A DNA stretch of 55,230 bases from NCBI GenBank assembly GCA_045593985.1, contig JAZNXR010000107.1, forward strand, positions 1 through 55,230, written 5' to 3'. A program made the translations under genes and the position numbers. Below the pieces are notes generated by a model. That model was given only the letters and a program-made list of their open reading frames with translations. It was not told the DNA's origin and searched no databases. Positions within the stretch are counted from its first letter, which is position 1; each line of letters opens with the position of its first letter. Origin of the DNA: Eubacteriales bacterium. Lineage in GTDB: Bacteria > Bacillota > Clostridia > Oscillospirales > CAG-272. Positions 43,565 through 52,663 of this stretch are shown here, piece by piece.

Positions 43565-44799
43565 TGAGAGATTTGGTAATCATAGGCGGCGGCCCTGCCG
43601 GAATGAGCGCCGCAATTGCTGCTTACGAAAGCGGAATTCGTGATATTCTTATTCTTGAGCGTGACGAAAATCTCGGCGGAATTTTGCAGCAGTGTATTCA
43701 TAACGGCTTCGGTCTTCACAAATTCGGCGAGGAGCTGACAGGCCCCGAATATGCCTATAAATACGAAAAACGGGTAAGAGAACTGGGAATCGAATTCAAG
43801 CTTAATACGATGGTGCTTGACGTCTCTCCCGATAAAATAATTACCGCAACGAATGCCTTTGACGGAATTATTCAGATCGAGGCAAAGGCGATCATTCTCG
43901 CTATGGGCTGCCGTGAGCGCTCAAAGGGTGCTCTTAATATTGCAGGAACAAGACCTGCCGGCATTTACAGCGCAGGAACGGCGCAGAAGCTTGTTAATAT
44001 GAAGGGATATCTGCCCGGAAAGAATGTCGTTATTCTCGGTAGCGGAGATATCGGACTCATTATGGCAAGAAGAATGACTCTTGAGGGCGCAAAGGTTCAC
44101 GCTGTTTGTGAGCTGATGCCTTATTCGGGTGGACTTGCAAGAAACATTCAGCAATGTCTTAACGATTTCGATATACCGCTGAAGCTCAGCCATACTGTCG
44201 TTGAAATTCACGGCAGGGAGCGCCTTGAGGGCGTGACTATTGCCGAGGTCGATAATAACAGAAAGCCTATTGACGGAACGAGAGAGTTTATCCCTTGTGA
44301 TACGCTTCTCCTTTCTGTTGGCCTTATTCCCGAAAACGAGCTTTCAAGATCTGCAAATGTTGATTTGAGCAGAGTTACAAGCGGCGCAATCGTTGACCAG
44401 GACAGACAAACCTCGATACCGGGAGTTTTTGCTTGCGGAAATGTTTTGCACGTTCATGATCTTGTCGATTTCGTGTCCGACGAGGCGGAAATTGCAGGTA
44501 AGGCTGCCGCTGAATATATTCGCGGCGGTGACGGCGAAAAGCTTTCGGTTGAAATTAAAACCGACGGCAAGATCCGTTATACCGTGCCGCAAATGATAAC
44601 CGTAAAGAAAGACGTTACGGTATATTTCCGAGTCAGTGACGTTTATAAAAACGTCAAAATCAAGGTGAGCGACGGCGAAAATGTCATTTTTGAAAAAAAG
44701 AGACCGAAGGTTGCTCCCGGCGAAATGGAATCTATTAAGCTCAAGGCTGACAAGCTCGGAAATGTAAATGAACTATTCTTCTCGCTGGAGGTGCTGTAA
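43564..44799 (+). CDS. FAD/NAD(P)-binding pyridine nucleotide-disulfide oxidoreductase family protein
   Basis: Two dinucleotide motifs, VIIGGGPAGMSAA and VVILGSGDIGL. Its start overlaps the upstream stop codon. Confidence 0.8.
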   Translation: MRDLVIIGGGPAGMSAAIAAYESGIRDILILERDENLGGILQQCIHNGFGLHKFGEELTGPEYAYKYEKRVRELGIEFKLNTMVLDVSPDKIITATNAFDGIIQIEAKAIILAMGCRERSKGALNIAGTRPAGIYSAGTAQKLVNMKGYLPGKNVVILGSGDIGLIMARRMTLEGAKVHAVCELMPYSGGLARNIQQCLNDFDIPLKLSHTVVEIHGRERLEGVTIAEVDNNRKPIDGTREFIPCDTLLLSVGLIPENELSRSANVDLSRVTSGAIVDQDRQTSIPGVFACGNVLHVHDLVDFVSDEAEIAGKAAAEYIRGGDGEKLSVEIKTDGKIRYTVPQMITVKKDVTVYFRVSDVYKNVKIKVSDGENVIFEKKRPKVAPGEMESIKLKADKLGNVNELFFSLEVL

Positions 44800-44800
44800 T

Positions 44801-45151
44801 ATGGAAAAGAAGCTTACCTGTATTATTTGCCCCATTGGTTGTGAGATCAGCGTGGAGCTTGAGGACGGAAGGGTAACATCTGTCCGCGGAAACACCTGCC
44901 CGAGGGGCAAGGTATATGCCGAAAGCGAATGCGTAAATCCGCAAAGAACCGTTACGTCAACGGTCAGAACCGAGGACGGCGGCCTTGTTTCGGTAAAGAC
45001 CGAAACGCCAATTCCGAAGGAAAAGATTGCCGAGTGCATGGAGCTTATCAATAACACTGTGGCGGCACTTCCGATCAAGATTGGTGACGTTATTATTGAG
45101 AACGCCTTCGGAAGCAGAATAGTAGCAACTCAAAACAAAAACAATTTATAA
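44801..45151 (+). CDS. DUF1667-domain protein
   Basis: MEKKLTCIICPIGCEI...GNTCPRG Cys pattern. Third member of the conserved trio. GGAGG lies 9 nt upstream. Confidence 0.75.
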   Translation: MEKKLTCIICPIGCEISVELEDGRVTSVRGNTCPRGKVYAESECVNPQRTVTSTVRTEDGGLVSVKTETPIPKEKIAECMELINNTVAALPIKIGDVIIENAFGSRIVATQNKNNL

Positions 45152-45157
45152 TATTAA

Positions 45158-45197
45158 GAAAAAGCGAGTGAGCTTCCTCTCGCTTTTTCTTTTTTTT
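45158..45197 (+). terminator. Rho-independent terminator
   Basis: AAAGCGAG / CTCGCTTT stem followed by a long T-run. Confidence 0.8.
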
Positions 45198-45378
45198 GGC
45201 GGTTATATGCATCTTTTGCCCGCGTTTCGCCATGCCTTTTGTGCGTTAAACGATTTTAAACGACAAAATTTGTTGAAATTTCACATAATTTTCCGTGAAA
45301 ATGGTGAAAAAATCTCGGTTTTTTATGTATATTATTAACGAAATTAAAAAAATTATTGAAAAATTCGTTAAATGTGTC

Positions 45379-45406
45379 TTGACAAACACTGTTGAAGTGG
45401 TATAAT
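45379..45406 (+). promoter_or_regulatory. Near-consensus sigma-A promoter of the sigma factor gene
   Basis: TTGACA (45379-84), 16-nt spacer, TGgTATAAT (45398-45406). Confidence 0.65.
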
Positions 45407-45430
45407 TATTTTATCCATTGTCGGAGGAGT

Positions 45431-45979
45431 ATGTTGTTTTCCCACCTTATCATAGCGGCAAAAAACGGGGATGAGAGTGCTTTCTCGGAGCTTTGTCAGG
45501 TTTATAAGCCACTTATTGAGAATATGACAAGCAGATATATAGCGCGTTTAAGCGCTATTATCCAAGACAAGGACGACCTGCGCCAGGAGGCGACGGTTGC
45601 CTTTTATCGCGCCGTGACAACCTACGATTTAACTCAGGACAAGGTCTCATTCGGACTTTATGCAAAAATTTGCATAAATAACAGAATGATAAGCCTTATG
45701 CGTCGCGCAAACAAAAAATCGATGCCGAAAACCGTTTCTCAAAAGAAAGAGAAGGGCAGGAAGATCGGCGGTCGGGTTCTTGATCTTTCCGAGCTTCTTT
45801 CGGTTTCCGATCGGGTTTTGAGTAAGCGTGAAAAGCTCGTTTTCGGCTTCTATATCGAAGGAAAATCGTATAAGGAAATATCACAGCTTCTTCATCTGTC
45901 GGAGAAGTCGGTCGACAATGCGCTTTTTCGTGCAAAGTCGAAAATCAAGCTCCACTATAACGATGTCAATATGCCCTAA
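45431..45979 (+). CDS. Sigma-70 family RNA polymerase sigma factor (regions 2 and 4 only)
   Basis: Region 2: DDLRQEATVAFYRAV. Region 4 HTH: SYKEISQLLHLSEKSVDNALFRAKSKI. GGAGGAG lies just upstream of the ATG at 45431. Confidence 0.8.
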   Translation: MLFSHLIIAAKNGDESAFSELCQVYKPLIENMTSRYIARLSAIIQDKDDLRQEATVAFYRAVTTYDLTQDKVSFGLYAKICINNRMISLMRRANKKSMPKTVSQKKEKGRKIGGRVLDLSELLSVSDRVLSKREKLVFGFYIEGKSYKEISQLLHLSEKSVDNALFRAKSKIKLHYNDVNMP

Positions 45980-46091
45980 TAGCTTAAGTAAAGCGTTGTA
46001 TCAATTTTGAATTTTGAATTTTGAAGCAAAGATGGCGGTGACACCCCGTCCGAGGGCAAAAAAATTTACCACATTAAAGCGAGGTAACAAA

Positions 46092-46367
46092 ATGTACGAA
46101 GACAAGACTCTTAAGTGTAAGGACTGCGGAAACGAATTTGTATTCACCGCAGGCGAGCAGGAGTTCTATGCAGAGAGAGGCTTCCAGAACGAGCCTCAGA
46201 GATGCAAGGCCTGCCGTGATGCACGAAAGAATGCCGGTCAGGGTAGAAAGGAATTCTTCACTGCTGTATGTGCAAACTGCGGCGGCGAAGCAAGAGTTCC
46301 GTTCGAGCCTAAGAACGACAGACCCGTATACTGCAGCGAGTGCTACGCTGCTATGAAGCAGCAGTAA
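46092..46367 (+). CDS. Zinc-ribbon protein (CxxC...CxxC twice)
   Basis: CKDCGNEFVFTAGEQEFYAERGF...CKAC and CANCGG...YCSEC. GAGGT SD upstream of the ATG at 46092. Confidence 0.75.
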   Translation: MYEDKTLKCKDCGNEFVFTAGEQEFYAERGFQNEPQRCKACRDARKNAGQGRKEFFTAVCANCGGEARVPFEPKNDRPVYCSECYAAMKQQ

Positions 46368-46410
46368 TTGCCTTTTTCCGGGTGTCCCGAAAACATTGTT
46401 TTTCAAGATA

Positions 46411-46440
46411 GAATCCGACTTCGGTCGGATTTTCTCTTTT
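46411..46440 (+). terminator. Rho-independent terminator
   Basis: AATCCGAC-ttcg-GTCGGATT stem followed by a T-rich tract. Confidence 0.8.
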
Positions 46441-46443
46441 CTA

Positions 46444-46472
46444 TTGCTTTTTTTCTCCAAATGGTATATAAT
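46444..46472 (+). promoter_or_regulatory. Sigma-A type promoter
   Basis: TTGCTT (46444-49), 17-nt spacer, TATAAT (46467-72). Confidence 0.5.
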
Positions 46473-46517
46473 GTTATGGTAAATCCGTTTTGGATAATGT
46501 GAAAGGATTATTTCTAA

Positions 46518-47327
46518 ATGGCCAGAAGAGGTAATTACGAATTTTTAGGTACTGTTTTAACTTCCTGTACGCTGATATTATCCGTTATCGCCATGATGTT
46601 CGAAAGCGTTGCAATTTTGTTCGGATATGATAAGGTGATGCGAGTTTTTAAGCTTCAAAGCAAGATCGCAACTATGTCCGTCGTTGCTCTTTTCGTTCTC
46701 TCTATTGCGATGGGAACGCTTGCTATATGTGTCGGCAAGATTGCGAAAATGAGACCGAGAGCGCAGAACAGCGTCGCTACCGATACCGTCGCCATTGTCG
46801 GCGGCTTGTCGCTTGCCGTTTCGTCGATATTGTTTCTTATTGATTCTTTTAAGGTACAAGATGCGTTTGCGCTTAAGTTCTTTACGATCCTTCTCGTTGT
46901 GATTTCTGTTCCGACGGCACTTAGTTATATTGTCGGCGTTGAAAAAACAAAGCTTTCAACCTTCCTTGCGTTCTTCCCGCCGCTTTGGAATGCTACCTGT
47001 CTTGTCCGTCTCTATTTCGACGCAGGAACAGCAATAAACGATCCTGTAAGAATTCTTCTCCAGATCACCCTTGTTGCCGTAATGCTTGCGCTCATGTATG
47101 AATTGAAGCTTCGGGTTTACGGAACGGGAAAGGTTATGTTCACCGTAACTGCAACGATTGCGACGGTGCTTTCGTCAGCTTCATTTGCCGCAATACTTCT
47201 TCTTTCGGTGCTCTTAAAGGTTGAAACTACTGCAAATCTGCTTCTTGCGGTAGGCACTCTTTTAAGCTCGCTTTATCTTCTTATTCGCCTTGATATGTAT
47301 TACAAGGCGGCAAGGCCAAGAGATTAA
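46518..47327 (+). CDS. Polytopic membrane protein, unknown function
   Basis: 269 aa with about 8 hydrophobic segments. It is framed by a promoter and a terminator. Confidence 0.7.
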   Translation: MARRGNYEFLGTVLTSCTLILSVIAMMFESVAILFGYDKVMRVFKLQSKIATMSVVALFVLSIAMGTLAICVGKIAKMRPRAQNSVATDTVAIVGGLSLAVSSILFLIDSFKVQDAFALKFFTILLVVISVPTALSYIVGVEKTKLSTFLAFFPPLWNATCLVRLYFDAGTAINDPVRILLQITLVAVMLALMYELKLRVYGTGKVMFTVTATIATVLSSASFAAILLLSVLLKVETTANLLLAVGTLLSSLYLLIRLDMYYKAARPRD

Positions 47328-47330
47328 ATA

Positions 47331-47360
47331 AAAAGGTCCGCTGGTGCGGGCTTTTTTTAT
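47331..47360 (+). terminator. Rho-independent terminator
   Basis: GGTCCGC-tggt-GCGGGCT stem with one G:U pair, followed by TTTTTTT. Confidence 0.7.
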
Positions 47361-47465
47361 TGTAACCGAAAACCACGCGTGAGAAGCGTGGTAGAAAATA
47401 GGTTTACCGGTGAACGGAAATGAGGCAAAGAAAAAAGCGCAGTTTAACGGTGGTTAGTGCCAATG

Positions 47466-47589
47466 GCTCCCTTGTGTAAAGGGAGCTGTCAGCGAAGCTG
47501 ACTGAGGGATTGTAAGAAGTTAGAAAAACTTATATACAATCCCTCCGTCATTTGCTCTGCAAATGCCACCTCCCTTTACACAAGGGAGG
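47466..47589. repeat. GC-rich five-hairpin intergenic element with overall dyad layout
   Basis: H1: GCTCCCTT/AAGGGAGC. H2: GTCAGC-gaa-GCTGAC. H3: GAGGGATTGTA-20nt-TACAATCCCTC. H4: CATTTGC-tct-GCAAATG. H5: CCTCCCTT/AAGGGAGG. Confidence 0.75.
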
Positions 47590-47700
47590 CCAAGATCGAA
47601 ACCCGTTTACGGGGAGCAAGTATCCAATGCATGGCTGGCAGGTGGAACTAAAGCGCACTTGTGCGCAGCCACAAGGATTAGGGCTACGCCCGAAACTGAA

Positions 47701-47722
47701 ATCCCCCCGCTATGCGGGGGAT
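47701..47722 (-). terminator. Candidate terminator of the AraC-family gene
   Basis: ATCCCCCGC-ata-GCGGGGGAT hairpin 3 nt after the stop codon. It is followed on the minus strand by TTCAGTTTC, a weak U-tract. Confidence 0.5.
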
Positions 47723-47724
47723 AT

Positions 47725-48705
47725 TTATTGTGATAACGGCTTTTGTCTTTCTCTATGGCGCCATTTTGACGGTGAGATGCCGTAGCGCTCTCTGAAGCGG
47801 CGGTGGAAAAAGCTGTTGTTATCGTAGCCGACGGCTTCGGCAATTTCTGCTATCGGCAGATCTGAATGAATAAGAAGCTGCTCTGCTTCAAAAAATCGGC
47901 GCTCGTAAACAAGCTCGGTAAAGGTTTCTCCGAAAAGCTCCTTTATGCGCTTGCTGACGTACGGCTCCGACATTGAGAGGAGTGTCGCAAGCTCGGATAG
48001 GGAAGCGGTTTTATAAAAGCTTTGAATATATGCGCTGATTTTTTCTCTTATTTGGTTTCGCTCGTGATCGCCTGACGAGGAATAGATGAGCATTTCGGGC
48101 TTTGCCTCGAAATGGCGCAGCAGAAGCGATAGCGTTTCACGAAGGATCCCTTTTGGTGTGTCGGTCTCAAACAATGACTGACAGATGAGGTTTTCGATTA
48201 GCGCCTTGGCGTAGGGGTTGCTGTCGACCTCATATATTATGAACCGTCCCTCTCCGCCCTCTCTTTCCTCCTGCTCTGCGAAGTCACGGAGAGCAGAATC
48301 GCCTCTGAAGCGGGCTGCGGCGATACCGACGTAGTCGGAGGAAACGATTAGATTCACGGCGATGTCGTTCTTGCTTGAAGCCTTGATCGAATGACGGAGA
48401 TGCCGATTCATCATTATAAGCTGTCCCTCCTTTATGTCAAAGGTTTTTCCGTTTATGATGTGTCGGATCTCGCCTTGAACGACGTACATTATTTCGATGT
48501 AGTTATGCAGGTGGATCGGTATATCGACAAAGCGAATATGCGGCCTTGCGGTGACGGTTTTCGTTGAATCAATAACGCTGTAAGCATAGTCCCGAAGGCG
48601 AAGCTTCATATTCGCAAAGGCGCTTTCCATTTCGTATTCCTCCGACAGCACCGATGCTTCGTTTTCGCCAATTACCGACAGACGGTTTATTATAATATCT
48701 TTCAT
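47725..48705 (-). CDS. AraC-family transcriptional regulator (cupin sensor plus HTH), probable rhamnose regulator
   Basis: N-terminal cupin (HLHNYIEIMYVVQGE). C-terminal AraC HTH (IAEIAEAVGYDNNSFFHRRFRERYGISPSKWR). Divergent from rhaBAD. Confidence 0.85.
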   Translation of the reverse strand: MKDIIINRLSVIGENEASVLSEEYEMESAFANMKLRLRDYAYSVIDSTKTVTARPHIRFVDIPIHLHNYIEIMYVVQGEIRHIINGKTFDIKEGQLIMMNRHLRHSIKASSKNDIAVNLIVSSDYVGIAAARFRGDSALRDFAEQEEREGGEGRFIIYEVDSNPYAKALIENLICQSLFETDTPKGILRETLSLLLRHFEAKPEMLIYSSSGDHERNQIREKISAYIQSFYKTASLSELATLLSMSEPYVSKRIKELFGETFTELVYERRFFEAEQLLIHSDLPIAEIAEAVGYDNNSFFHRRFRERYGISPSKWRHRERQKPLSQ

Positions 48706-48862
48706 TTTTACCTCAATTCTTTACTGTAACTTAATTTTAACACAACGCAGGATGCTTTTCAAGGAAAAATATTAAAAAAGAACGCAAAACAGCATAAAAT
48801 ATGTCCTTTTATATTCTTTTGGATGTGATATACTTAAATTAATAAGGTATATGGAGGATTCT

Positions 48863-50254
48863 ATGTATTATCTTGCGATAGATATCGGCGCATCAAGCGG
48901 ACGTCATATCATCGGATCTTATGAAAACGGAAAAATCGTGACGGAGGAGCTTTACCGCTTTCCGAACGGGATGAAAAGAAACGAGAGCGGAACGCTTGTC
49001 TGGGATACCGAGTCGCTTTTTTATCATGTTAAGGCAGGCATTAAGGCTTGCGTTGATAATGGTAAAAAGCCCGATTATATCGGAATTGATACCTGGGGCG
49101 TGGATTTCGTGCTTCTTGATAAGGACGGAGGGCTTATCGGGGATGCAGTCGGCTACCGTGACAGCCGCACCGACGGCATGGACACCGAGCTGTATAAAAC
49201 TATTCCCGAAGGTCAGCTATATGCTCGCACGGGAATTCAAAAGGCTATTTTCAATACCGTATATCAGCTTCAGTATTTGAATACGCATAAGCGTGAGCAG
49301 CTTGACCGTGCGGAAACTCTGCTTATGATGCCCGATTATTTATCCTATTTGCTGACAGGCGTTGCCTGCTCGGAATACACAAATGCAACGACAGGTCAGC
49401 TTGTGAAGGCGGGAGAGGACGACTGGGATTATGAATTGATCGAGTGTCTCGGTCTGCCGAAAAGGATTTTCCGTCCCCTTGAAATGCCGGGACATATTGT
49501 CGGTGAGCTTTCGGACGAGGTCATGAAGGAAACCGGAGCAAGCGGAGCAAGAGTAATTCTCCCTCCCACTCACGATACGGCATCTGCGGTTGCCGCGGTG
49601 CCGACCAACGAGGAGGATATTATTTATATCAGCTCGGGAACATGGTCGCTTATTGGCGTTGAAAGAAATAATCCCGACTGCTCGGAGCGCAGTATGGAGC
49701 ATAATTTCACGAACGAGGGCGGTATATTCAAGCGCTACCGTTATCTAAAAAACATAACGGGACTGTGGATGATACAGTCGATGAAAAAGGAGCTTCCCGA
49801 CGGTTATACCTTCGATATGCTCTGCAATATGGCGAAGGAATACGATTCCACGCCTCTGCGCCTCGATCCGAATGATTCGCGTTTTACGGCGCCGAGCAGC
49901 ATGATAGACGAGGTTAAAAAGGCTTTAAATAAGCCCGAAATTTCGGTTGGCGAGATGTTCTCGGCGGTTTATCACAGCTTGGCTGATGCTTATAAAACGG
50001 CGGTTATCGAGCTTGAAGCGCTACTTGGAAGGGAAATGAAGGCGCTTCATATCGTGGGCGGCGGAAGCAAGGACGAGTATCTTTGCGCCCTTACCGCCGA
50101 GGCAACGGGCAAGCCCGTTTATGCAGGGCCTTCCGAGGCAACGGCGATCGGAAATCTCGTTTCTCAAATGCTCTCGACAGGAGTCTTTGAATCCTTGTCC
50201 GAGGCAAGAAATGCAGTATACAGAAGCTTTAATGTCAGGAGAATAACAGTATGA
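48863..50254 (+). CDS. rhaB: Rhamnulokinase
   Basis: FGGY kinase N-terminus YYLAIDIGASSGRH. Synteny with rhaA and rhaD. GGAGG lies 5 nt upstream of the ATG at 48863. Confidence 0.88.
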   Translation: MYYLAIDIGASSGRHIIGSYENGKIVTEELYRFPNGMKRNESGTLVWDTESLFYHVKAGIKACVDNGKKPDYIGIDTWGVDFVLLDKDGGLIGDAVGYRDSRTDGMDTELYKTIPEGQLYARTGIQKAIFNTVYQLQYLNTHKREQLDRAETLLMMPDYLSYLLTGVACSEYTNATTGQLVKAGEDDWDYELIECLGLPKRIFRPLEMPGHIVGELSDEVMKETGASGARVILPPTHDTASAVAAVPTNEEDIIYISSGTWSLIGVERNNPDCSERSMEHNFTNEGGIFKRYRYLKNITGLWMIQSMKKELPDGYTFDMLCNMAKEYDSTPLRLDPNDSRFTAPSSMIDEVKKALNKPEISVGEMFSAVYHSLADAYKTAVIELEALLGREMKALHIVGGGSKDEYLCALTAEATGKPVYAGPSEATAIGNLVSQMLSTGVFESLSEARNAVYRSFNVRRITV

Positions 50255-51498
50255 ATTCAGTTTACGAAGAAGCAAAAAAACGCTATGCGGAGTACGGAAT
50301 TGACACCGAAAGCGTTATAAATGAGCTTGGCAAGGCGGAGATCTCGGTTCACTGCTGGCAGGGCGATGATGTTTCGGGCTTTGATAGCCCCGATGCGCTT
50401 TCGGGCGGTATTCAGGCAACGGGTAATTACCCCGGAAAGGCAAGAACGCCTGACGAGCTTATGGCTGATATCGACAAAGCGCTTTCCCTTGTTCCCGGCA
50501 CACATAAGCTTAATCTTCACGCCTGCTATGCTATATTTGAGGACGGCGAATTTGCCGACCGTGATGCCATTCTTCCGAAGCATTTTGAAAAATGGGTTAA
50601 ATTTGCAAACGAGCGTGGGCTTGGTATCGACTTCAATCCGACCTTCTTCTCACATCCGAAGGCATCGGAATTCACACTTTCCTCCCCCGATGAGGAGATA
50701 AGAAAATTCTGGGTGCGTCACGGAATTGCCTGCATCAGAATCGCTGAGTATTTTGCAGAAATGACCGGCAAGGTGTCGGTTATGAACATCTGGATCCCCG
50801 ACGGATACAAGGATATTCCCGCTGATAGGATCGGCCCCCGCGCACGCTTCAAAAAGTCGCTTGACGAGATTATCGGCTGCGGATACGATAAGGAAAAGGT
50901 TTACGTATGCCTTGAAAGCAAGGTCTTCGGAATCGGACTTGAATCCTACACCGTCGGCTCGGCTGAATTTACACTCGGCTATGCTCAGCAAAACGGACTT
51001 GTTCCTCTTATGGATAACGGTCACTATCATCCGACGGAGGTCGTTTCTGATAAGATCTCGTCACTGCTTTTGCTTAATAAGAAGCTTGCGCTTCATATAA
51101 CGAGAAGCGTTCGTTGGGACTCTGACCACGTTGTTCGCTACGATGACGAAACGAAGGAGATTGCAAAGGAGATCGTCGCAAGCGGCAGAATGTCCGATAT
51201 TGCAATGGCGCTCGATTTCTTCGATGCATCGATAAACCGAATTGCCGCTTGGGTTATCGGTATTCGCTCCTTCCGCAAGGCGCTCATGAGCGCAATGCTG
51301 ACACCGAATGAATATTTAAGAGAGCTTCAGGATAGAGGTGAGCTTACCAGGCTTATGGCGCTTCAGGAGGAAATTAAAATGCTTCCGATGGGCGCAGTCT
51401 GGGAGGAGTTCTGCCGACGCAACGGCGTGCCTTGCGATATGTCCTGGCTTGAAGAGGTTGAAAAATACGAAAGGGAAGTTCTCTTTAAGAGAGCGTGA
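50251..51498 (+). CDS. rhaA: L-rhamnose isomerase
   Basis: 415 aa. Contains HCWQGDDVSGF and DNGHYHPTE regions. ATGA overlap with rhaB. Confidence 0.9.
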   Translation: MNSVYEEAKKRYAEYGIDTESVINELGKAEISVHCWQGDDVSGFDSPDALSGGIQATGNYPGKARTPDELMADIDKALSLVPGTHKLNLHACYAIFEDGEFADRDAILPKHFEKWVKFANERGLGIDFNPTFFSHPKASEFTLSSPDEEIRKFWVRHGIACIRIAEYFAEMTGKVSVMNIWIPDGYKDIPADRIGPRARFKKSLDEIIGCGYDKEKVYVCLESKVFGIGLESYTVGSAEFTLGYAQQNGLVPLMDNGHYHPTEVVSDKISSLLLLNKKLALHITRSVRWDSDHVVRYDDETKEIAKEIVASGRMSDIAMALDFFDASINRIAAWVIGIRSFRKALMSAMLTPNEYLRELQDRGELTRLMALQEEIKMLPMGAVWEEFCRRNGVPCDMSWLEEVEKYEREVLFKRA

Positions 51499-51507
51499 GA
51501 AAAAATT

Positions 51508-52320
51508 ATGAAAAACATTTTTGAAGCACCGTTTATAGTCGAAATGAGAAGCACGACGGCGAATATGTATCGCCTCGGCTGGGACGAGCGCAACGGCGGA
51601 AACATCAGCTGCTTGCTTGACGAAAATGAGCTTGGCGAATATTTAGACCTTTCTCACGTGATAAGAAGCATCCCGATCGGCTTTGAGGCAACCGAGCTTA
51701 TCGGCAAGTATTTCCTTGTAACCGGTACGGGAAAGTATTTTAAGAACGTTGACGGCGATCCCGAAAATAACCTCGGAATTATTCGCATAGCAGAGGACGG
51801 AAAAACCGCAGAGCTTCTTTGGGGCTATAAGGACGGCGGCAAATTCACCTCCGAGCTTCCCGCACATCTTATGTCGCATATGGCTCGCCTTAAGGCAGAT
51901 CCCGAGCATCGTATCGTTATGCATACACATCCGACGAATACCGTTGCCATGACGCATATTCATCCGCTTGATGACAAGTCCTTCAGCCGTACTATTTGGG
52001 GAACCTGTACCGAATGTATCGTCGTATTCCCCGAAGGAATCGGCGTGCTTCCCTGGATGGTTTGCGGAAACAACGAGATCGGTGAGGCAACCGCCGAAAA
52101 AATGAAGGATTATCGCCTCGTAGTCTGGTCGCAGCACGGCATCTACGGCGCAGGCAAGACCTTTGATGAGACCTTCGGTCTTATCGAGACTGTTGAAAAG
52201 GGCGCCGAGCTTTATATGAAGTATGCCGCCTTCCCGATAATCAACAGAATTACCGACGACGACCTTCGTGCTCTTGCGAAGCAGTTTAACCTTAACTACC
52301 GCGAAGAATTCCTTGGTTAA
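51508..52320 (+). CDS. rhaD: Rhamnulose-1-phosphate aldolase
   Basis: 270 aa, class II aldolase. Contains GWDERNGGNIS and HTHPTN motifs. Confidence 0.9.
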   Translation: MKNIFEAPFIVEMRSTTANMYRLGWDERNGGNISCLLDENELGEYLDLSHVIRSIPIGFEATELIGKYFLVTGTGKYFKNVDGDPENNLGIIRIAEDGKTAELLWGYKDGGKFTSELPAHLMSHMARLKADPEHRIVMHTHPTNTVAMTHIHPLDDKSFSRTIWGTCTECIVVFPEGIGVLPWMVCGNNEIGEATAEKMKDYRLVVWSQHGIYGAGKTFDETFGLIETVEKGAELYMKYAAFPIINRITDDDLRALAKQFNLNYREEFLG

Positions 52321-52350
52321 TATGCTTTGTTAAGTATTTTTACAGCATCA

Positions 52351-52386
52351 AAAAAGACCTTCATTCTTTTGAAGGTCTTTTTCTTT
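52351..52386. terminator. Bidirectional rho-independent terminator
   Basis: AGACCTTC / GAAGGTCT stem flanked by an A-run and a T-run. It overlaps the 3' end of the minus-strand ORF. Confidence 0.8.
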
Positions 52387-52663
52387 TACTGTTTTTTATG
52401 TGCTCGATAATCAATGCGAGCGGGCCGAGAAGGACGAGTACAAATAAGGGCAGCACTATCATTTTTGCATAATTAAGGCTCGACATCACAAACGTCTTTA
52501 TTTCGGGATCCTTTTTGTTTATACTGTTTTCTACTATGTTTCTGTCCTCCTCCACCGTTAGTTCACGGTCGACCACCTTATCCTCGGGAAGATGCAGGGC
52601 GTAGGTCGGCATTGAGAGAACGAAAAGCAGAATAAGCGGCAAAACAAGCTTAAATATTTTCAT
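52361..52663 (-). CDS. Small bitopic protein (signal peptide plus C-terminal TM)
   Basis: 100 aa. N-terminal signal-like segment, acidic middle, C-terminal TM and a basic tail. 14-nt overlap with the upstream gene. Confidence 0.55.
   Translation of the reverse strand: MKIFKLVLPLILLFVLSMPTYALHLPEDKVVDRELTVEEDRNIVENSINKKDPEIKTFVMSSLNYAKMIVLPLFVLVLLGPLALIIEHIKNSKRKRPSKE

Noticed and set aside
47552-47843. Overlapping 77-aa (+) and 78-aa (-) ORFs in the 397-nt gap.
   Set aside because: They lie in or next to the five-hairpin repeat, have no SD, overlap each other on opposite strands, and have repeat-driven composition.
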